Made by a program: the position numbers and the translations under genes. Positions 1 through 9,516 of a stretch of 62,851 bases of DNA are shown here, piece by piece. The DNA comes from Phycicoccus sp. Its GTDB lineage: Bacteria > Actinomycetota > Actinomycetes > Actinomycetales > Dermatophilaceae. Under the pieces are notes generated by a model. It was not told the origin of the DNA. It did no database searches and saw only the letters and a program-made list of their open reading frames with translations. Positions within the stretch are counted from its first letter, which is position 1; each line of letters begins with the position of its first letter. The DNA is taken from the NCBI GenBank assembly GCA_043721575.1, contig JAYSQM010000081.1, forward strand, positions 1-62,851. Direction: 5' to 3'.

Positions 1-72
1 GGCCACCACACCACCCAGCCAAGAAGAGGCCGCCACCACAACCACAGACACAGCCACAGCTGCCATCGACGA

Positions 73-912
73 CTACCCGCCACCACCGTTCTGAGCGCCG
101 CCACCGTTCTGAGCGGCGGGGAGCGCCCGGCGGAGCTCGAGGTCGTAGATGCGACGGCCCGACGCGAGTCCCTTCTGTTCGAACCGGGTCATGACCCGAC
201 CCTCGAAGCGCGGGGCGAACCCGGTCCCCGGGTCAGCCGAGGTGTGCCTGCCCGGCGCATACCCGGGCGGGAGCTTCCCGGCATACGGGTTTGTCAGCGA
301 ACCGCACGCGGCGGCGACGTCACGCATCTGCCTTGCGTAGTCCACCCAGTCGGTCGCCAGCCGCCAGCCGCCACCCTCGACCAGTCGCGAGGCGAGCAGG
401 TCGACAAACGTGTCGTTGACGAGGCGCCGCTTGTGATGGCGGACCTTGTGCCACGGGTCGGGGAAGAACGTCCACATCTCGTGGACGCTGGAGGTTGCCA
501 GCATGGTGGCCAGCACCTCGGCAGCGTCAGCCTGAACCAGGCGGACGTTGGTCAGGTTGCGGCGGACGATCTTGGCCATGGTGGCAGCCAGACCTGGGCG
601 ATAGACCTCCACGGCAAGGAAGTTCGTGCCCGGTCTTGCCTGGGCGCCATTGACGACAGCGTCTCCGGTGCCCGAGCCGATCTCGACGACCAGCGGAGCC
701 ACCCTGCCGAAGTCTCGCACCGCGTCGAGGACAAAGCCCGGAGCCACCGACATGGACCCCTGCGCTCTGGGCACGTCGACGACCAATGTCTCGTGATGCT
801 CGTCCCAGGTCCGCTGCAGCCGGGGCGCAAGCCGGTTGTCGCGCCGGACGAACGAGACCGTCCGGCGCTGAAACGGCGCAGCAAGTTGGCTCCCCATCAC
901 CTGGCTCTCCAT
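73..912 (-). CDS. trmB: tRNA (guanine46-N7)-methyltransferase
   Basis: 279-aa ORF with the SAM-binding motif VVEIGSGTGD and the TrmB signature FFPDPWHKVRHHKRRL. An alternative ATG at 897 has a better-placed GGAG. The C-terminal AQNGGG x2 tail arises from an 18-nt tandem duplication. Confidence 0.88.
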   Translation of the reverse strand: MESQVMGSQLAAPFQRRTVSFVRRDNRLAPRLQRTWDEHHETLVVDVPRAQGSMSVAPGFVLDAVRDFGRVAPLVVEIGSGTGDAVVNGAQARPGTNFLAVEVYRPGLAATMAKIVRRNLTNVRLVQADAAEVLATMLATSSVHEMWTFFPDPWHKVRHHKRRLVNDTFVDLLASRLVEGGGWRLATDWVDYARQMRDVAAACGSLTNPYAGKLPPGYAPGRHTSADPGTGFAPRFEGRVMTRFEQKGLASGRRIYDLELRRALPAAQNGGGAQNGGGG

Positions 913-920
913 GAACTGAA

Positions 921-2780
921 CTACTTCTTGGTCCGGTCCCCACCGGACGCGGCGTCGTTGGACAGCGCGGCGATGAAGGCCTCCTGGGGCACCTCGACCC
1001 GACCGACCATCTTCATCCGCTTCTTGCCCTCCTTCTGCTTCTCCAGCAGCTTGCGCTTGCGGGAGATGTCACCGCCGTAGCACTTGGCAAGGACGTCCTT
1101 GCGCATCGCGCGGATGGTCTCGCGAGCGATGATGCGGGCACCGATGGCGGCCTGGATCGGCACCTCGAACTGCTGGCGCGGGATGAGCACCCGCAGCTTG
1201 GCCGCCATCATCACGCCGTAGGCGTACGCCTTGTCCTTGTGCACGATCGAGCTGAAGGCGTCGACAGCCTCGCCCTGAAGGAGAATGTCGACCTTGACCA
1301 GGTCGGCGGTCTGGTCCCCGTCGGGTTCGTAGTCGAGAGAAGCGTATCCGCGGGTCTTGGACTTCAGCTGGTCGAAGAAGTCGAACACGATCTCGGCCAG
1401 CGGGAGGGTGTAGCGCATCTCGACGCGCTCCTCGGAGAGGTAGTCCATCCCGCGCAAGGTGCCGCGCCGGGTCTGGCACAGCTCCATGACGGCCCCGATG
1501 AACTCGCTCGGCGCCAGGATCGTCGCTCGCACCACCGGCTCGCTGATCTCGCCGACCTTGCCGTCGGGGAACTCGCTGGGGTTGGTCACCGTGATGACCT
1601 TGCCGTCGTCGAGCTTGACCTCGTAGACCACGTTGGGCAGCGTCGAGATCAGTGCGAGATCGAACTCACGCTCGAGCCGCTCCCGCACGATCTCCAGGTG
1701 CAGCATGCCAAGGAAGCCGACCCGGAAGCCGAAACCGAGCGCGACCGACGTCTCAGGCTCGTAAACCAGGGCAGCATCGTTGAGCTTGAGCCGGTCCAGG
1801 GCATCGCGCAGGTCAGGGTACTCAGAGCCATCGATGGGGTAGAGACCGGAGAACACCATCGGCTTGGGGTCTCGGTAGCCGCCGAGGTCCTTGGTCGCCG
1901 GCTTGGACGCGTTGGTGATCGTGTCGCCGACCCGCGACTGCCGCACGTCCTTCACCCCGGTGATGAGGTAACCCACCTCGCCGACGCCCAGCCCCTTGGA
2001 GACCACTGGCTCGGGAGAGATGACGCCGATCTCGAGGAGCTCGTGCGTGGCCTTGGTCGACATCATCAGGATCTTCTCGCGTGGGTTGAGGTTGCCGTCC
2101 ACCACGCGCACGTAGGTCACGACACCGCGGTAGGTGTCATAGACCGAGTCGAAGATCATCGCCCTCGCGGGAGCGTTGGGGTCGCCCACCGGTGCCGGCA
2201 GGTCGCGAACGATCTGGTTCAGCAGCGGTTCCACGCCGAACCCGGTCTTGCCCGACACCTTGAGACAGTCCTCGGGCTCGCAGCCGATCAGGCCCGCGAG
2301 CTCCTCGGCATACTTCTCCGGCTGAGCTGCGGGCAGGTCGATCTTGTTCAGGACCGGGATGATCGTGAGGTCCTTCTCCATCGCCAGATAGAGGTTCGCC
2401 AGCGTCTGGGCCTCAATGCCCTGGGCGGCGTCCACGAGCAGGACCGCGCCCTCGCACGCAGCCAGCGAACGCGATACCTCGTAGGTGAAGTCCACGTGAC
2501 CCGGAGTGTCGATCATGTTCAGGCAGTACGTGGTTTCGTCGACCTCCCACGGCATACGAACCGCCTGGGACTTGATGGTGATGCCACGCTCGCGCTCGAT
2601 GTCCATCCGGTCGAGGTACTGCGCGCGCATCGCGCGGGCGTCCACGACCCCGGTGATCTGCAGCATCCGGTCAGCCAGGGTCGACTTGCCGTGGTCGATG
2701 TGAGCGATGATGCAGAAGTTCCGGATGAGGTCCGGCGGCGTCGCGTGCGGCTGCAGCGCGTTACGGGCCATGGGTGACAC
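921..2780 (-). CDS. lepA: translation elongation factor 4 (LepA)
   Basis: 619-aa ORF with GTPase motifs [17 protein letters not shown] and NKIDLP, and a LepA-type C-terminus. GTG start at 2780 has GAGGT upstream; ATG at 2771 is an alternative. Confidence 0.97.
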   Translation of the reverse strand: MSPMARNALQPHATPPDLIRNFCIIAHIDHGKSTLADRMLQITGVVDARAMRAQYLDRMDIERERGITIKSQAVRMPWEVDETTYCLNMIDTPGHVDFTYEVSRSLAACEGAVLLVDAAQGIEAQTLANLYLAMEKDLTIIPVLNKIDLPAAQPEKYAEELAGLIGCEPEDCLKVSGKTGFGVEPLLNQIVRDLPAPVGDPNAPARAMIFDSVYDTYRGVVTYVRVVDGNLNPREKILMMSTKATHELLEIGVISPEPVVSKGLGVGEVGYLITGVKDVRQSRVGDTITNASKPATKDLGGYRDPKPMVFSGLYPIDGSEYPDLRDALDRLKLNDAALVYEPETSVALGFGFRVGFLGMLHLEIVRERLEREFDLALISTLPNVVYEVKLDDGKVITVTNPSEFPDGKVGEISEPVVRATILAPSEFIGAVMELCQTRRGTLRGMDYLSEERVEMRYTLPLAEIVFDFFDQLKSKTRGYASLDYEPDGDQTADLVKVDILLQGEAVDAFSSIVHKDKAYAYGVMMAAKLRVLIPRQQFEVPIQAAIGARIIARETIRAMRKDVLAKCYGGDISRKRKLLEKQKEGKKRMKMVGRVEVPQEAFIAALSNDAASGGDRTKK

Positions 2781-2849
2781 GGGCGGGCTTACCTCATCTG
2801 GTCTTGGGAGCGATCCAGACAGTCTCCCACGGACCAGCGCCCCCTCGCG

Positions 2850-4037
2850 TCAACGCGGTGCCGACTGCCCAGTCGACTGCCCATTGGCCAGGTCCGGCCG
2901 CGACAACAGAGGGGACAGAGCCACCAGGACCACGGTCAGAACCAGGGGGAAGACCATGGCCTGGCGAATTCCGACCTGCCTGCTCAGTGCGCCGATGATC
3001 GCCGGGCCGATGAGGAAGGCGCCGTAGCCGAAGGTCACCACGATCGCGAGCATGCGTCCGCCACCAGCGTGGCCCGCGACCGCATAGACCTGCGGAGCGA
3101 TCATGCCGACGCCAAGTCCGACGAGGGCCCAGCCCATCAGCAGGACCGGCAGCGGCTGGCCCAGGAGCACAACGAGATACCCGGCGGCCGCCACCAGCCC
3201 GCCGAAGCGCACGACGTTGGCCCGACCGAATGCGGCGACCGCTCGGTCGCCGAACAACCTGATCAGGACCATGAACGAACTGACAGCGACCAGCCCCAAC
3301 GCCCCCGTCGACGGCGCCACCCCGGCCACGTCGGTGACGTGGACGGATGACCAGTCGATGGCGGTGCCCTCAGCCAGACCGAAGCTGAACGCCATGGCCC
3401 CGAGCAACACTGCAAACGCTGGGACGCGTGGCCCGACAGCGGACCGTTCGACGGCCCTGACCAAGGCCGTCGAAGGGACCCAGCGCGAGATCGCCACACA
3501 GGCAACCACGGACGTCGCGCTGAGCGTGACCAGCGCGGCAGTGACCACCGCGGCGCCATCACCAGCCAGCCGGGCGATGAGGACCACGGTCGCGGCACCT
3601 GCAAGGTTGCCCATGCTGAAACCCGCGTGCAGCCTGCTCATGACCGGCTTCGCGCGAGCCTGCTCGACCCGGACACCGAGGGCGTTCATCGAGACATCCA
3701 TGGCCCCGTTGCCCAGCCCCGCCAACCCCGCGGCCGCGGCGGCAAGCGGCAGGGTCGGGGCGAATGCCAAGGACGCGACCCCTGCGATGAGCAGCGCGGA
3801 CGCCGGCAGTGCCACGTTCCTGGCGCCACGGCTGTCGGCCAGTCGCCCCCCGACCTGCATGGACACGACCGCCGCCGCAGACAGCGAGACCAGCAGAACC
3901 GCGAGCCCACCGGCATCGACGCCCAGCCGCTCGCGCATTGCCGGCAGGGTCGCGCCGATGCCGCCGATGAGCGCGCCGTTGACCGCGAACAGACCGGCCA
4001 CCGCCAGCAGTGCTCTGTTGCCACGCATGCGTGCCAT
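2850..4037 (-). CDS. MFS transporter
   Basis: Highly hydrophobic multi-TM product. I trimmed the 464-aa ORF to ATG 4037 (MARMRGN...), because the upstream part overlaps the preceding MFS gene, whose stop is at 4039. Confidence 0.8.
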   Translation of the reverse strand: MARMRGNRALLAVAGLFAVNGALIGGIGATLPAMRERLGVDAGGLAVLLVSLSAAAVVSMQVGGRLADSRGARNVALPASALLIAGVASLAFAPTLPLAAAAAGLAGLGNGAMDVSMNALGVRVEQARAKPVMSRLHAGFSMGNLAGAATVVLIARLAGDGAAVVTAALVTLSATSVVACVAISRWVPSTALVRAVERSAVGPRVPAFAVLLGAMAFSFGLAEGTAIDWSSVHVTDVAGVAPSTGALGLVAVSSFMVLIRLFGDRAVAAFGRANVVRFGGLVAAAGYLVVLLGQPLPVLLMGWALVGLGVGMIAPQVYAVAGHAGGGRMLAIVVTFGYGAFLIGPAIIGALSRQVGIRQAMVFPLVLTVVLVALSPLLSRPDLANGQSTGQSAPR

Positions 4038-4038
4038 G

Positions 4039-5265
4039 TCAGGCAACGACGCCCTGGCGACGGCCGACCAGCACCGAGATCGCGGCGATGGCCAGACCCG
4101 CGAGCGCAAGCACGACGCCCACCCGACTGGGCCATTCGTAGCCGTACCCGGCCTGCAGGACGACGCTGCCCAGCCACGCGCCCAAGGCGTTGGCCATGTT
4201 GAGCGTGGAGTGGTTGAGCGCTGCCGCCAGCGACTGCCCCTCATGGGCGACGTCCATCAGCCGGGTCTGCAGCATCGGCACGAGAATCGTTGGCACCAGC
4301 CCCAGCAGGAACACCGCCAGGACCGCGGTCACCTTGTTGTGCGCGGCGTAGCCGAACAGCGCCAGGATAACCGCGATGGCTGCCAGGCAGAGGAAGATCC
4401 CCCGCATCAGGCCGTATGCCGCGACGCGTCCTGACAGGAACGCCCCCGTTGTCATGCCGATCCCGTAGGTCGCGAGGATCAGCGGGACCGCAGCCGCCGG
4501 GTAACCCGTGAGCTGGGTCATCGTGGGGGCGATGTAGGAGTAGGTCGCAAACATTCCCCCGAACCCGACGGTGCCGATGAGCAGTGCGAGCCAGACCTGG
4601 AGGCGCTTGAGCGAGCGCAGCTCGGCTCGCATGGAGGCGTCGCCGGCCGCGGGTTGGCGCGGCACCCAGGCCCAGGTGGCGGCCACGGTGAGCAAGGCGA
4701 GGACGCCGACCAGCGCGTAGGGCCACTGCCAGCCGAAGTTCTGACCGACCCACGTGGTCAAGGGCACCCCGACGATGTTGGCCACGGTCAACCCCGCGAG
4801 CATCATCGAGACCGCCCAGGTACGCCGGTGCATCGGCACCATGGAGGCGGCGACCACAGCGCCGATACCGAAGAACGCCCCGTGCGGCAGACCCGAGAGG
4901 AACCGCGCGAGCATCAGCAGCGGATAGCTGGTCGCCATCGAGGAGGCGATGTTGCCGGCCGCGAAGGCGATCATGAGCCAGAGCAGGACCGACTTGCGCG
5001 ACAGCCGTGCGGCCAGCGTCGCGATCAGCGGAGCACCCACAACGACACCGAGGGCGTAGGCCGATACGACGTGGCCAGCCTTGGGGATGGTGATGCCGAC
5101 GCCGCTGGCTATCTCGGGGAGCAGACCCATGGTGACGAATTCGGTTGTGCCTATGGCGAATCCACCGATCGCGAGCGCAAAGATCGCGAGATTGACGTGT
5201 CGGCACGATGCCGTGGCGTCGACATCGACAAGGTCGGCGTCGTGCACGATGGCGGCTTCAGTCAC
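4039..5265 (-). CDS. MFS transporter (DHA1/AraJ-YdhP-like)
   Basis: 408-aa ORF predicted to span about 12 TM helices. The N-terminal GGFAIGTTEFVTMGLLPEIA motif is typical of this MFS subgroup. GTG start. Confidence 0.85.
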   Translation of the reverse strand: MTEAAIVHDADLVDVDATASCRHVNLAIFALAIGGFAIGTTEFVTMGLLPEIASGVGITIPKAGHVVSAYALGVVVGAPLIATLAARLSRKSVLLWLMIAFAAGNIASSMATSYPLLMLARFLSGLPHGAFFGIGAVVAASMVPMHRRTWAVSMMLAGLTVANIVGVPLTTWVGQNFGWQWPYALVGVLALLTVAATWAWVPRQPAAGDASMRAELRSLKRLQVWLALLIGTVGFGGMFATYSYIAPTMTQLTGYPAAAVPLILATYGIGMTTGAFLSGRVAAYGLMRGIFLCLAAIAVILALFGYAAHNKVTAVLAVFLLGLVPTILVPMLQTRLMDVAHEGQSLAAALNHSTLNMANALGAWLGSVVLQAGYGYEWPSRVGVVLALAGLAIAAISVLVGRRQGVVA

Positions 5266-5350
5266 TGCCCCATGCTCCCAGCGGTGGAGCGATACTCGAA
5301 ATCGCGGCAGACGAGATCACTTCAGAAGCAAGCACGACAGACTGTGCCCC

Positions 5351-6448
5351 ATGAATCCCCCGTCGACCTCCGAGCACACTCCCGGCGTCGACTACCACGC
5401 CACCTCTGAGCGCTTACGTTACGAGGACCTCTCCCCTGCCGTCCGCGAGGCCGCTGACCTGGCGCTGGGGTCACCGGTGGTCCGGGCCGCTGCGCCGGTC
5501 ACCTCCGGGTTCACGAAGGCGTACGCCGGTCGTGTCCTTCTGCAGGACGGTCGCCAGGTCTTCCTCAAGGCCACCGGGCCGGACCTCCCGATCCCCGTCG
5601 CAGCCCTCCGACGCGAGGGCCAGATACTCAGGGCCCTGGGCGACCGGATCCCCTCGGTTCCGCTCATCGGAGCCGTCGAAGCCCAGGACGGCGGACAGGT
5701 GTTGGCGCTGAACTGGATCGACGGCCACCTGCCGGGATTTCCATGGACGGACGACGAGGTCGCTCTGGTGCGAGCCGCCTGCGAAAGTGTGGCGACCGTG
5801 CCGTCCTCAGTCATGGACGGACTTGCTCCCGGTCGTCTTGCCGACGACCTGCTGGACGACGACGCGCTGCAGGCTGCGCTGGCAGACGGGCTAGCCCTAC
5901 CGATGTCCTTGCACCAGCTCCCGGCCTGGCTGCCTGCCAGGATGGACGAGATCCTCGGGCTGGCGCGGCAGGCGCCGACGCTGCTGGTCGGCGACCACCT
6001 CAACCACTTCGACCTGCGACCGGACAACCTGCTCGTCGGACGAGGGGCAGGCGAGGCGAGTGACCGCGCATACGTGCTGGACTGGAACTGGGTCACCCTG
6101 GGACCCGCGTGGTGCGACTGGGTCGGTCTCATCCCGACCATTCACGCTCAGGGGTACGAATTCGGGGAACTGCTGGCCTCGTCGCCGCTGTCGCGTGACG
6201 CAGACCTGGAAGCGATCGACTCCTTCTTCGCAGTCATCGCCGTCTACATGCTGCGCGGCCTCGACCACGACCCGCCGTCGGGCACCACCTCGGCTGTCCG
6301 CCATCACCAGCGGTACTACGCCCGGATCTTCCTGGACTCCCTTGCGACCCGACGCCGTTGGCTGTCGAGATCTCCGCGGGCACAGGCGTACACGGCCTGC
6401 GTGTCGCCCCGTGGTAACGGGGTTCATGGGCCGAACCTAACTCGCTAG
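5351..6448 (+). CDS. phosphotransferase (APH/choline-kinase-like fold)
   Basis: Trimmed to ATG 5351. Carries the catalytic-loop motif HFDLRPDNLL and the metal-binding-like motif VLDWNW. The upstream part of the 455-aa ORF overlaps the divergent MFS gene. Confidence 0.75.
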   Translation: MNPPSTSEHTPGVDYHATSERLRYEDLSPAVREAADLALGSPVVRAAAPVTSGFTKAYAGRVLLQDGRQVFLKATGPDLPIPVAALRREGQILRALGDRIPSVPLIGAVEAQDGGQVLALNWIDGHLPGFPWTDDEVALVRAACESVATVPSSVMDGLAPGRLADDLLDDDALQAALADGLALPMSLHQLPAWLPARMDEILGLARQAPTLLVGDHLNHFDLRPDNLLVGRGAGEASDRAYVLDWNWVTLGPAWCDWVGLIPTIHAQGYEFGELLASSPLSRDADLEAIDSFFAVIAVYMLRGLDHDPPSGTTSAVRHHQRYYARIFLDSLATRRRWLSRSPRAQAYTACVSPRGNGVHGPNLTR

Positions 6449-6457
6449 GGTCTGCAC

Positions 6458-7741
6458 ATGGCAGAGAACATTGGTCCCGGCCGGGTGCGTCAAGCAGCGA
6501 TCTATCGCAGCGGCATCAGCGGGATCCGGCCGAACGTCCCAACGTCGTGGCCCGCGCTGGTCGCCCGCGCCGAACGCGCGATGTCACGCGAAGGGTTCGC
6601 CTACCTCACCGGCGGTGCGGGCAGTGAGTCCACAATCTTCAACAACCGCAATGGTTTCGACGAGTGGCAAATCGTGCCACGGGTACTGCGAGACGTGTCC
6701 CGTCGCGATCTCAGTGTCACCTTGTTCGGCCAGACCCTGCCGGCTCCGCTGCTGCTCGCCCCCGTCGGCGTATCATCCATGGCGCACTCCGAGGCCGATG
6801 TCGGCGCGGCCAAAGCCGCTGCGGCCGAAAGCATTCCGATGGTCTTCTCCAACCAGGCGTCGCGCTCGATGGAGGACTGCGCGGCCGTCATGGGCGACTC
6901 GCCGCGGTGGTTCCAGCTCTACTGGAGCACGGTCGACGATCTGGTCGAGAGCTTCGTCAAACGGGCAGAGGCCTGCGGCTGTGCAGCGCTGGTCGTCACC
7001 CTCGACACGACGATGCTCGGCTGGCGCAGCCGCGATCTCGACCTGGCGTCGCTGCCCTTTGCGCACGGCTGGGGAATCGCGCAGTACACCAGCGACCCGG
7101 TCTTTCAGGCTCTGGTGGCCGAGCGCGTTCGGGCCGGCCAGCCCTTCGGTGAAGACAAGCCCAAGGTGACAACGGCCGCCATCCGGACCCTGCTGGACAT
7201 CGCCCGCGCCCACCCGGGCTCGGCCAGGGACAACCTGCGCTCCCCTGTCCCACGTGCAGCCGTGCAGACCTTCCTGGACATCTACTCGCGCCCCTCGATC
7301 ACCTGGGCCAACCTCGCGTGGCTTCGCGCGCGCACCAGACTGCCCATCATCCTCAAAGGCGTCCTGCACCCCGACGACGCGCGGCTGGCCCTCGACCACG
7401 GCGTCGACGGACTGATCGTGAGCACCCACGGTGGGCGACAGGTCGACGGCTCGATCGGCGCGGTGCAAGCGCTGCCCGGGGTCGTCGAGGCTGTTGGCGC
7501 CCGGGTTCCGGTGCTGATGGACAGCGGGATTCGCGGGGGCGCCGACGTGTTCAAGGCGGTCAACCTCGGCGCCGACGCCGTGCTGATCGGTCGAGCCTGG
7601 GCCTATGGCCTGGCGATCGCCGGCTGGGAGGGTGCACGCGACGTGATCCGCAACATCATCGGCGAGCTCGACCTGACGATGGGCCTGACCGGCTGCGCCT
7701 CCCTGGATGACGTGCGCGACGCGACCCTGCGGCGCGGCTGA
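6458..7741 (+). CDS. FMN-dependent alpha-hydroxy-acid oxidase / lactate 2-monooxygenase family
   Basis: 427-aa ORF with the family motifs STHGGRQVDGS and DSGIRGGADVFKA. It starts 9 nt after the kinase-like gene. Confidence 0.88.
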   Translation: MAENIGPGRVRQAAIYRSGISGIRPNVPTSWPALVARAERAMSREGFAYLTGGAGSESTIFNNRNGFDEWQIVPRVLRDVSRRDLSVTLFGQTLPAPLLLAPVGVSSMAHSEADVGAAKAAAAESIPMVFSNQASRSMEDCAAVMGDSPRWFQLYWSTVDDLVESFVKRAEACGCAALVVTLDTTMLGWRSRDLDLASLPFAHGWGIAQYTSDPVFQALVAERVRAGQPFGEDKPKVTTAAIRTLLDIARAHPGSARDNLRSPVPRAAVQTFLDIYSRPSITWANLAWLRARTRLPIILKGVLHPDDARLALDHGVDGLIVSTHGGRQVDGSIGAVQALPGVVEAVGARVPVLMDSGIRGGADVFKAVNLGADAVLIGRAWAYGLAIAGWEGARDVIRNIIGELDLTMGLTGCASLDDVRDATLRRG

Positions 7742-7769
7742 GCGCGAACGTCCCGGCTACGGTATCGGC

Positions 7770-8285
7770 ATGACGAAGCAGGGTCTGGGATCACAGCTCG
7801 CACGACTCGTAAGACGGGCTCTTGGCCGCACCGGCCGCCCTGATCACGTGCCGCCACCCGCGCAGGCGAGAGGCTCGGCATACCCCGGTGACTTCCGTGG
7901 GCCCCCCGAGATCAGCTACCAGCCCAACCCGGGGAACGGCAACGTGGCCGACCCCGGCGAGATCGTCTGGGCCTGGGTGCCCTTCGAGGAGGACCACAGT
8001 CAGGGCAAGGACCGCCCAGTGCTGGTGATCGGTCGCGACGGACCGTGGCTGCTGGCCCTGCCGCTGACCAGCAAGGACCACGACCCCGACGCCGTTCAGG
8101 AGGCCCGCGACGGTCGCCGATGGACGGACATCGGGTCCGGCCCCTGGGACAACCGCGGCCGCGCCAGTGAGGTCCGGGTCGACCGGATCCTGCGCGTCCA
8201 CCCGGCCCGGGTGCGCCGCGAAGGAGCGGTCCTGGACGAAGGTCGCTTCAACCAGGTCGCCGCCGCTGTGCGAAGCGCGCGCTGA
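7770..8285 (+). CDS. PemK/MazF-fold toxin-like protein with a roughly 65-aa Pro/Gly-rich N-terminal extension
   Basis: The core GEIVWAWVPFEEDHSQGKDRPVLVIG...LPLTSK matches the MazF/PemK N-terminal beta-strands. ATG 7770 chosen; an in-frame ATG at 7707 would overlap the upstream gene. No antitoxin ORF is adjacent. Confidence 0.7.
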   Translation: MTKQGLGSQLARLVRRALGRTGRPDHVPPPAQARGSAYPGDFRGPPEISYQPNPGNGNVADPGEIVWAWVPFEEDHSQGKDRPVLVIGRDGPWLLALPLTSKDHDPDAVQEARDGRRWTDIGSGPWDNRGRASEVRVDRILRVHPARVRREGAVLDEGRFNQVAAAVRSAR

Positions 8286-8302
8286 CGGCCTCCGGACAAC
8301 GT

Positions 8303-8336
8303 CGAAGGCCGGCGCCCCGAGAGGAACCGGCCTTCG
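8303..8336. terminator. 10-bp GC-rich hairpin between a convergent CDS and the tRNA
   Basis: cgaaggccgg (8303-8312) pairs perfectly with ccggccttcg (8327-8336) across a 14-nt loop. No U-tract. Confidence 0.4.
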
Positions 8337-8342
8337 CCTGCG

Positions 8343-8415
8343 TGGAGCTGAGGGGACTCGAACCCCTGACCCCCTCCATGCCATGGAGGTGCGCTACCAG
8401 CTGCGCCACAGCCCC
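8343..8415 (-). tRNA. tRNA-Ala (anticodon GGC)
   Basis: The 73-nt reverse complement folds as a cloverleaf. Acceptor GGGGCTG/CAGCTCC carries the G3:U70 Ala identity pair. D-arm is GCGC/GCGC. Anticodon stem CCTCC/GGAGG has loop ATGGCAT. T-arm is AGGGG-TTCGAGT-CCCCT. CCA is not encoded. Confidence 0.95.
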
Positions 8416-8499
8416 GCACGATTGCTCGCGCGCGTGCCCCCGTGGTGGGGACCGGGAGAGTTTATCCGGCATCCCCGGTGATTCACCAAATCGTGGTGT

Positions 8500-9132
8500 T
8501 CACAAGAGATTGGGCCCGACGTTCCATGCCGCGATCCGCCATCCACCGGCGTATTCGCGCAGCTCGGCCCAGTGGCAGTTGTGCAGTCCGGCGATGGACT
8601 GCCAGGCCAGGTGCTGGTCCAGTCCGACCAGGGACGCAACGACAGCGCGACCGGAGACGCCGTGCGTGGTGATGACGGCACAGTCCCCCGGCGCCACTTC
8701 CGCCAGCACCTCGTCGACCGCGGCCCGGATGCGGTCGGCGACCTGCCCCAGACTCTCACCGTCAACCCCACGTCGAATGTCCTCGCCTGCCACGAGCGCC
8801 GCCTGCTCCTCGGGGAACTGTTCAGCCACGTCACCGGCAGTCATCCCCTGCCACTGGCCGGCGTGGATCTCGCGCAACCGTTCGTCGTACCGCACCTGCA
8901 GGCCCACGCGCGAAGCGAGCGTGCGCGCGGTGTCAGCGGCGCGCTGAAGGTCGCTGCTGACGATCACCGACGGGCCGTATGCCGCAAGCGCGGCGGCGGC
9001 GGACTGCGCCTGCTCCCGGCCCTTGCCGGACAACGCAGTGTCGAGCTGGCCCTGCCAGATGCCGCCGGCGTTGTGGTCGGTCTCGCCATGACGCCAGATG
9101 ATCAGGGTCCGGCCGCCCTTCGTAGCCACCAT
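8500..9132 (-). CDS. histidine phosphatase (phosphoglycerate-mutase superfamily)
   Basis: 210-aa ORF with the RHG motif LIIWRHGETDHN. It sits after rsfS, as in the mycobacterial nadD-rsfS-gpgP arrangement (from memory). Confidence 0.9.
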   Translation of the reverse strand: MVATKGGRTLIIWRHGETDHNAGGIWQGQLDTALSGKGREQAQSAAAALAAYGPSVIVSSDLQRAADTARTLASRVGLQVRYDERLREIHAGQWQGMTAGDVAEQFPEEQAALVAGEDIRRGVDGESLGQVADRIRAAVDEVLAEVAPGDCAVITTHGVSGRAVVASLVGLDQHLAWQSIAGLHNCHWAELREYAGGWRIAAWNVGPNLL

Positions 9133-9133
9133 G

Positions 9134-9490
9134 TCAGGGCGTGAGGTCGATGGCCGGGCAGTCCTTCCACAGGCGCTCGAGCTGGTAGTAGGCCCGCTCC
9201 TCCTCGTGCTGGACGTGCACGACGATGTCCGAGAAGTCGATCAGGACCCAACGGCCGTTGCGCTCGCCCTCGCGGCGCACCGGCTTGACTCCGAGCTCGC
9301 GAAGCTTGTCCTCGACGCTGTCGACGATCGCGCTGACCTGGCGGTCGTTGGGAGCCGACGCCAGCACGAAGATGTCGGTGAGGGCCAGCTGCTCACTGAC
9401 GTCAATGGCGACGATCTTGCTGGCCAGCTTGTCCTCGGCAGCTGCAGCGGCAGCCCTGGCGAGATCAATGGCATGTTGCGTGGCGGCCAC
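9134..9490 (-). CDS. rsfS: ribosome silencing factor
   Basis: The RsfS-like core (IVAIDV...WVLIDFSDIVVHVQHEEERAYYQLERLW) is present. I trimmed the ORF to GTG 9490, which lies 6 nt downstream of AGGAGG. Confidence 0.9.
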   Translation of the reverse strand: MAATQHAIDLARAAAAAAEDKLASKIVAIDVSEQLALTDIFVLASAPNDRQVSAIVDSVEDKLRELGVKPVRREGERNGRWVLIDFSDIVVHVQHEEERAYYQLERLWKDCPAIDLTP

Positions 9491-9516
9491 GCGGTCCTCC
9501 TGGTGATTGGTTCTGT

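Noticed and set aside
1-94. Two mutually exclusive edge fragments. One is a minus-strand start at 66 (MAAVAVSVVVVAASSWLGGVVA..., TM-like). The other is a plus-strand Thr/Pro-rich ORF end at 2-94.
   Set aside because: Each covers only 22-31 codons, with T/A-rich third positions that are atypical for this genome, and there is no clear RBS. This cannot be decided without the flanking sequence.
1239-2777. Long ORFs antisense to recognised genes. Examples: 1239-2777 (+), 20304-22406 (+), 27463-30069 (+), 45495-47537 (+), 50399-51403 (+), 54798-56363 (-) and 43101-44345 (-).
   Set aside because: These are typical high-GC shadow ORFs. Their products are Arg/Gly/Pro/Asp-rich with no recognisable motifs, while the opposite or overlapping frame encodes proteins with complete family signatures.
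5266-5350. Short palindromes in the MFS/kinase divergent spacer (gcgat-N7-atcgc) and the repeated tgccccatg at both ends.
   Set aside because: The arms are only 5 bp long, and the repeat simply reflects similar start-codon contexts. This is too weak to call an operator.
2850-8342. A possible genomic island integrated at the 3' end of tRNA-Ala.
   Set aside because: I saw no integrase or recombinase and no direct repeat of the tRNA 3' end (gactcgaacc-type) by eye in this interval. The one line I counted in this interval (inside the PemK-like gene) is about 75 % GC. The block is accessory-looking, but I cannot support it as a mobile element.
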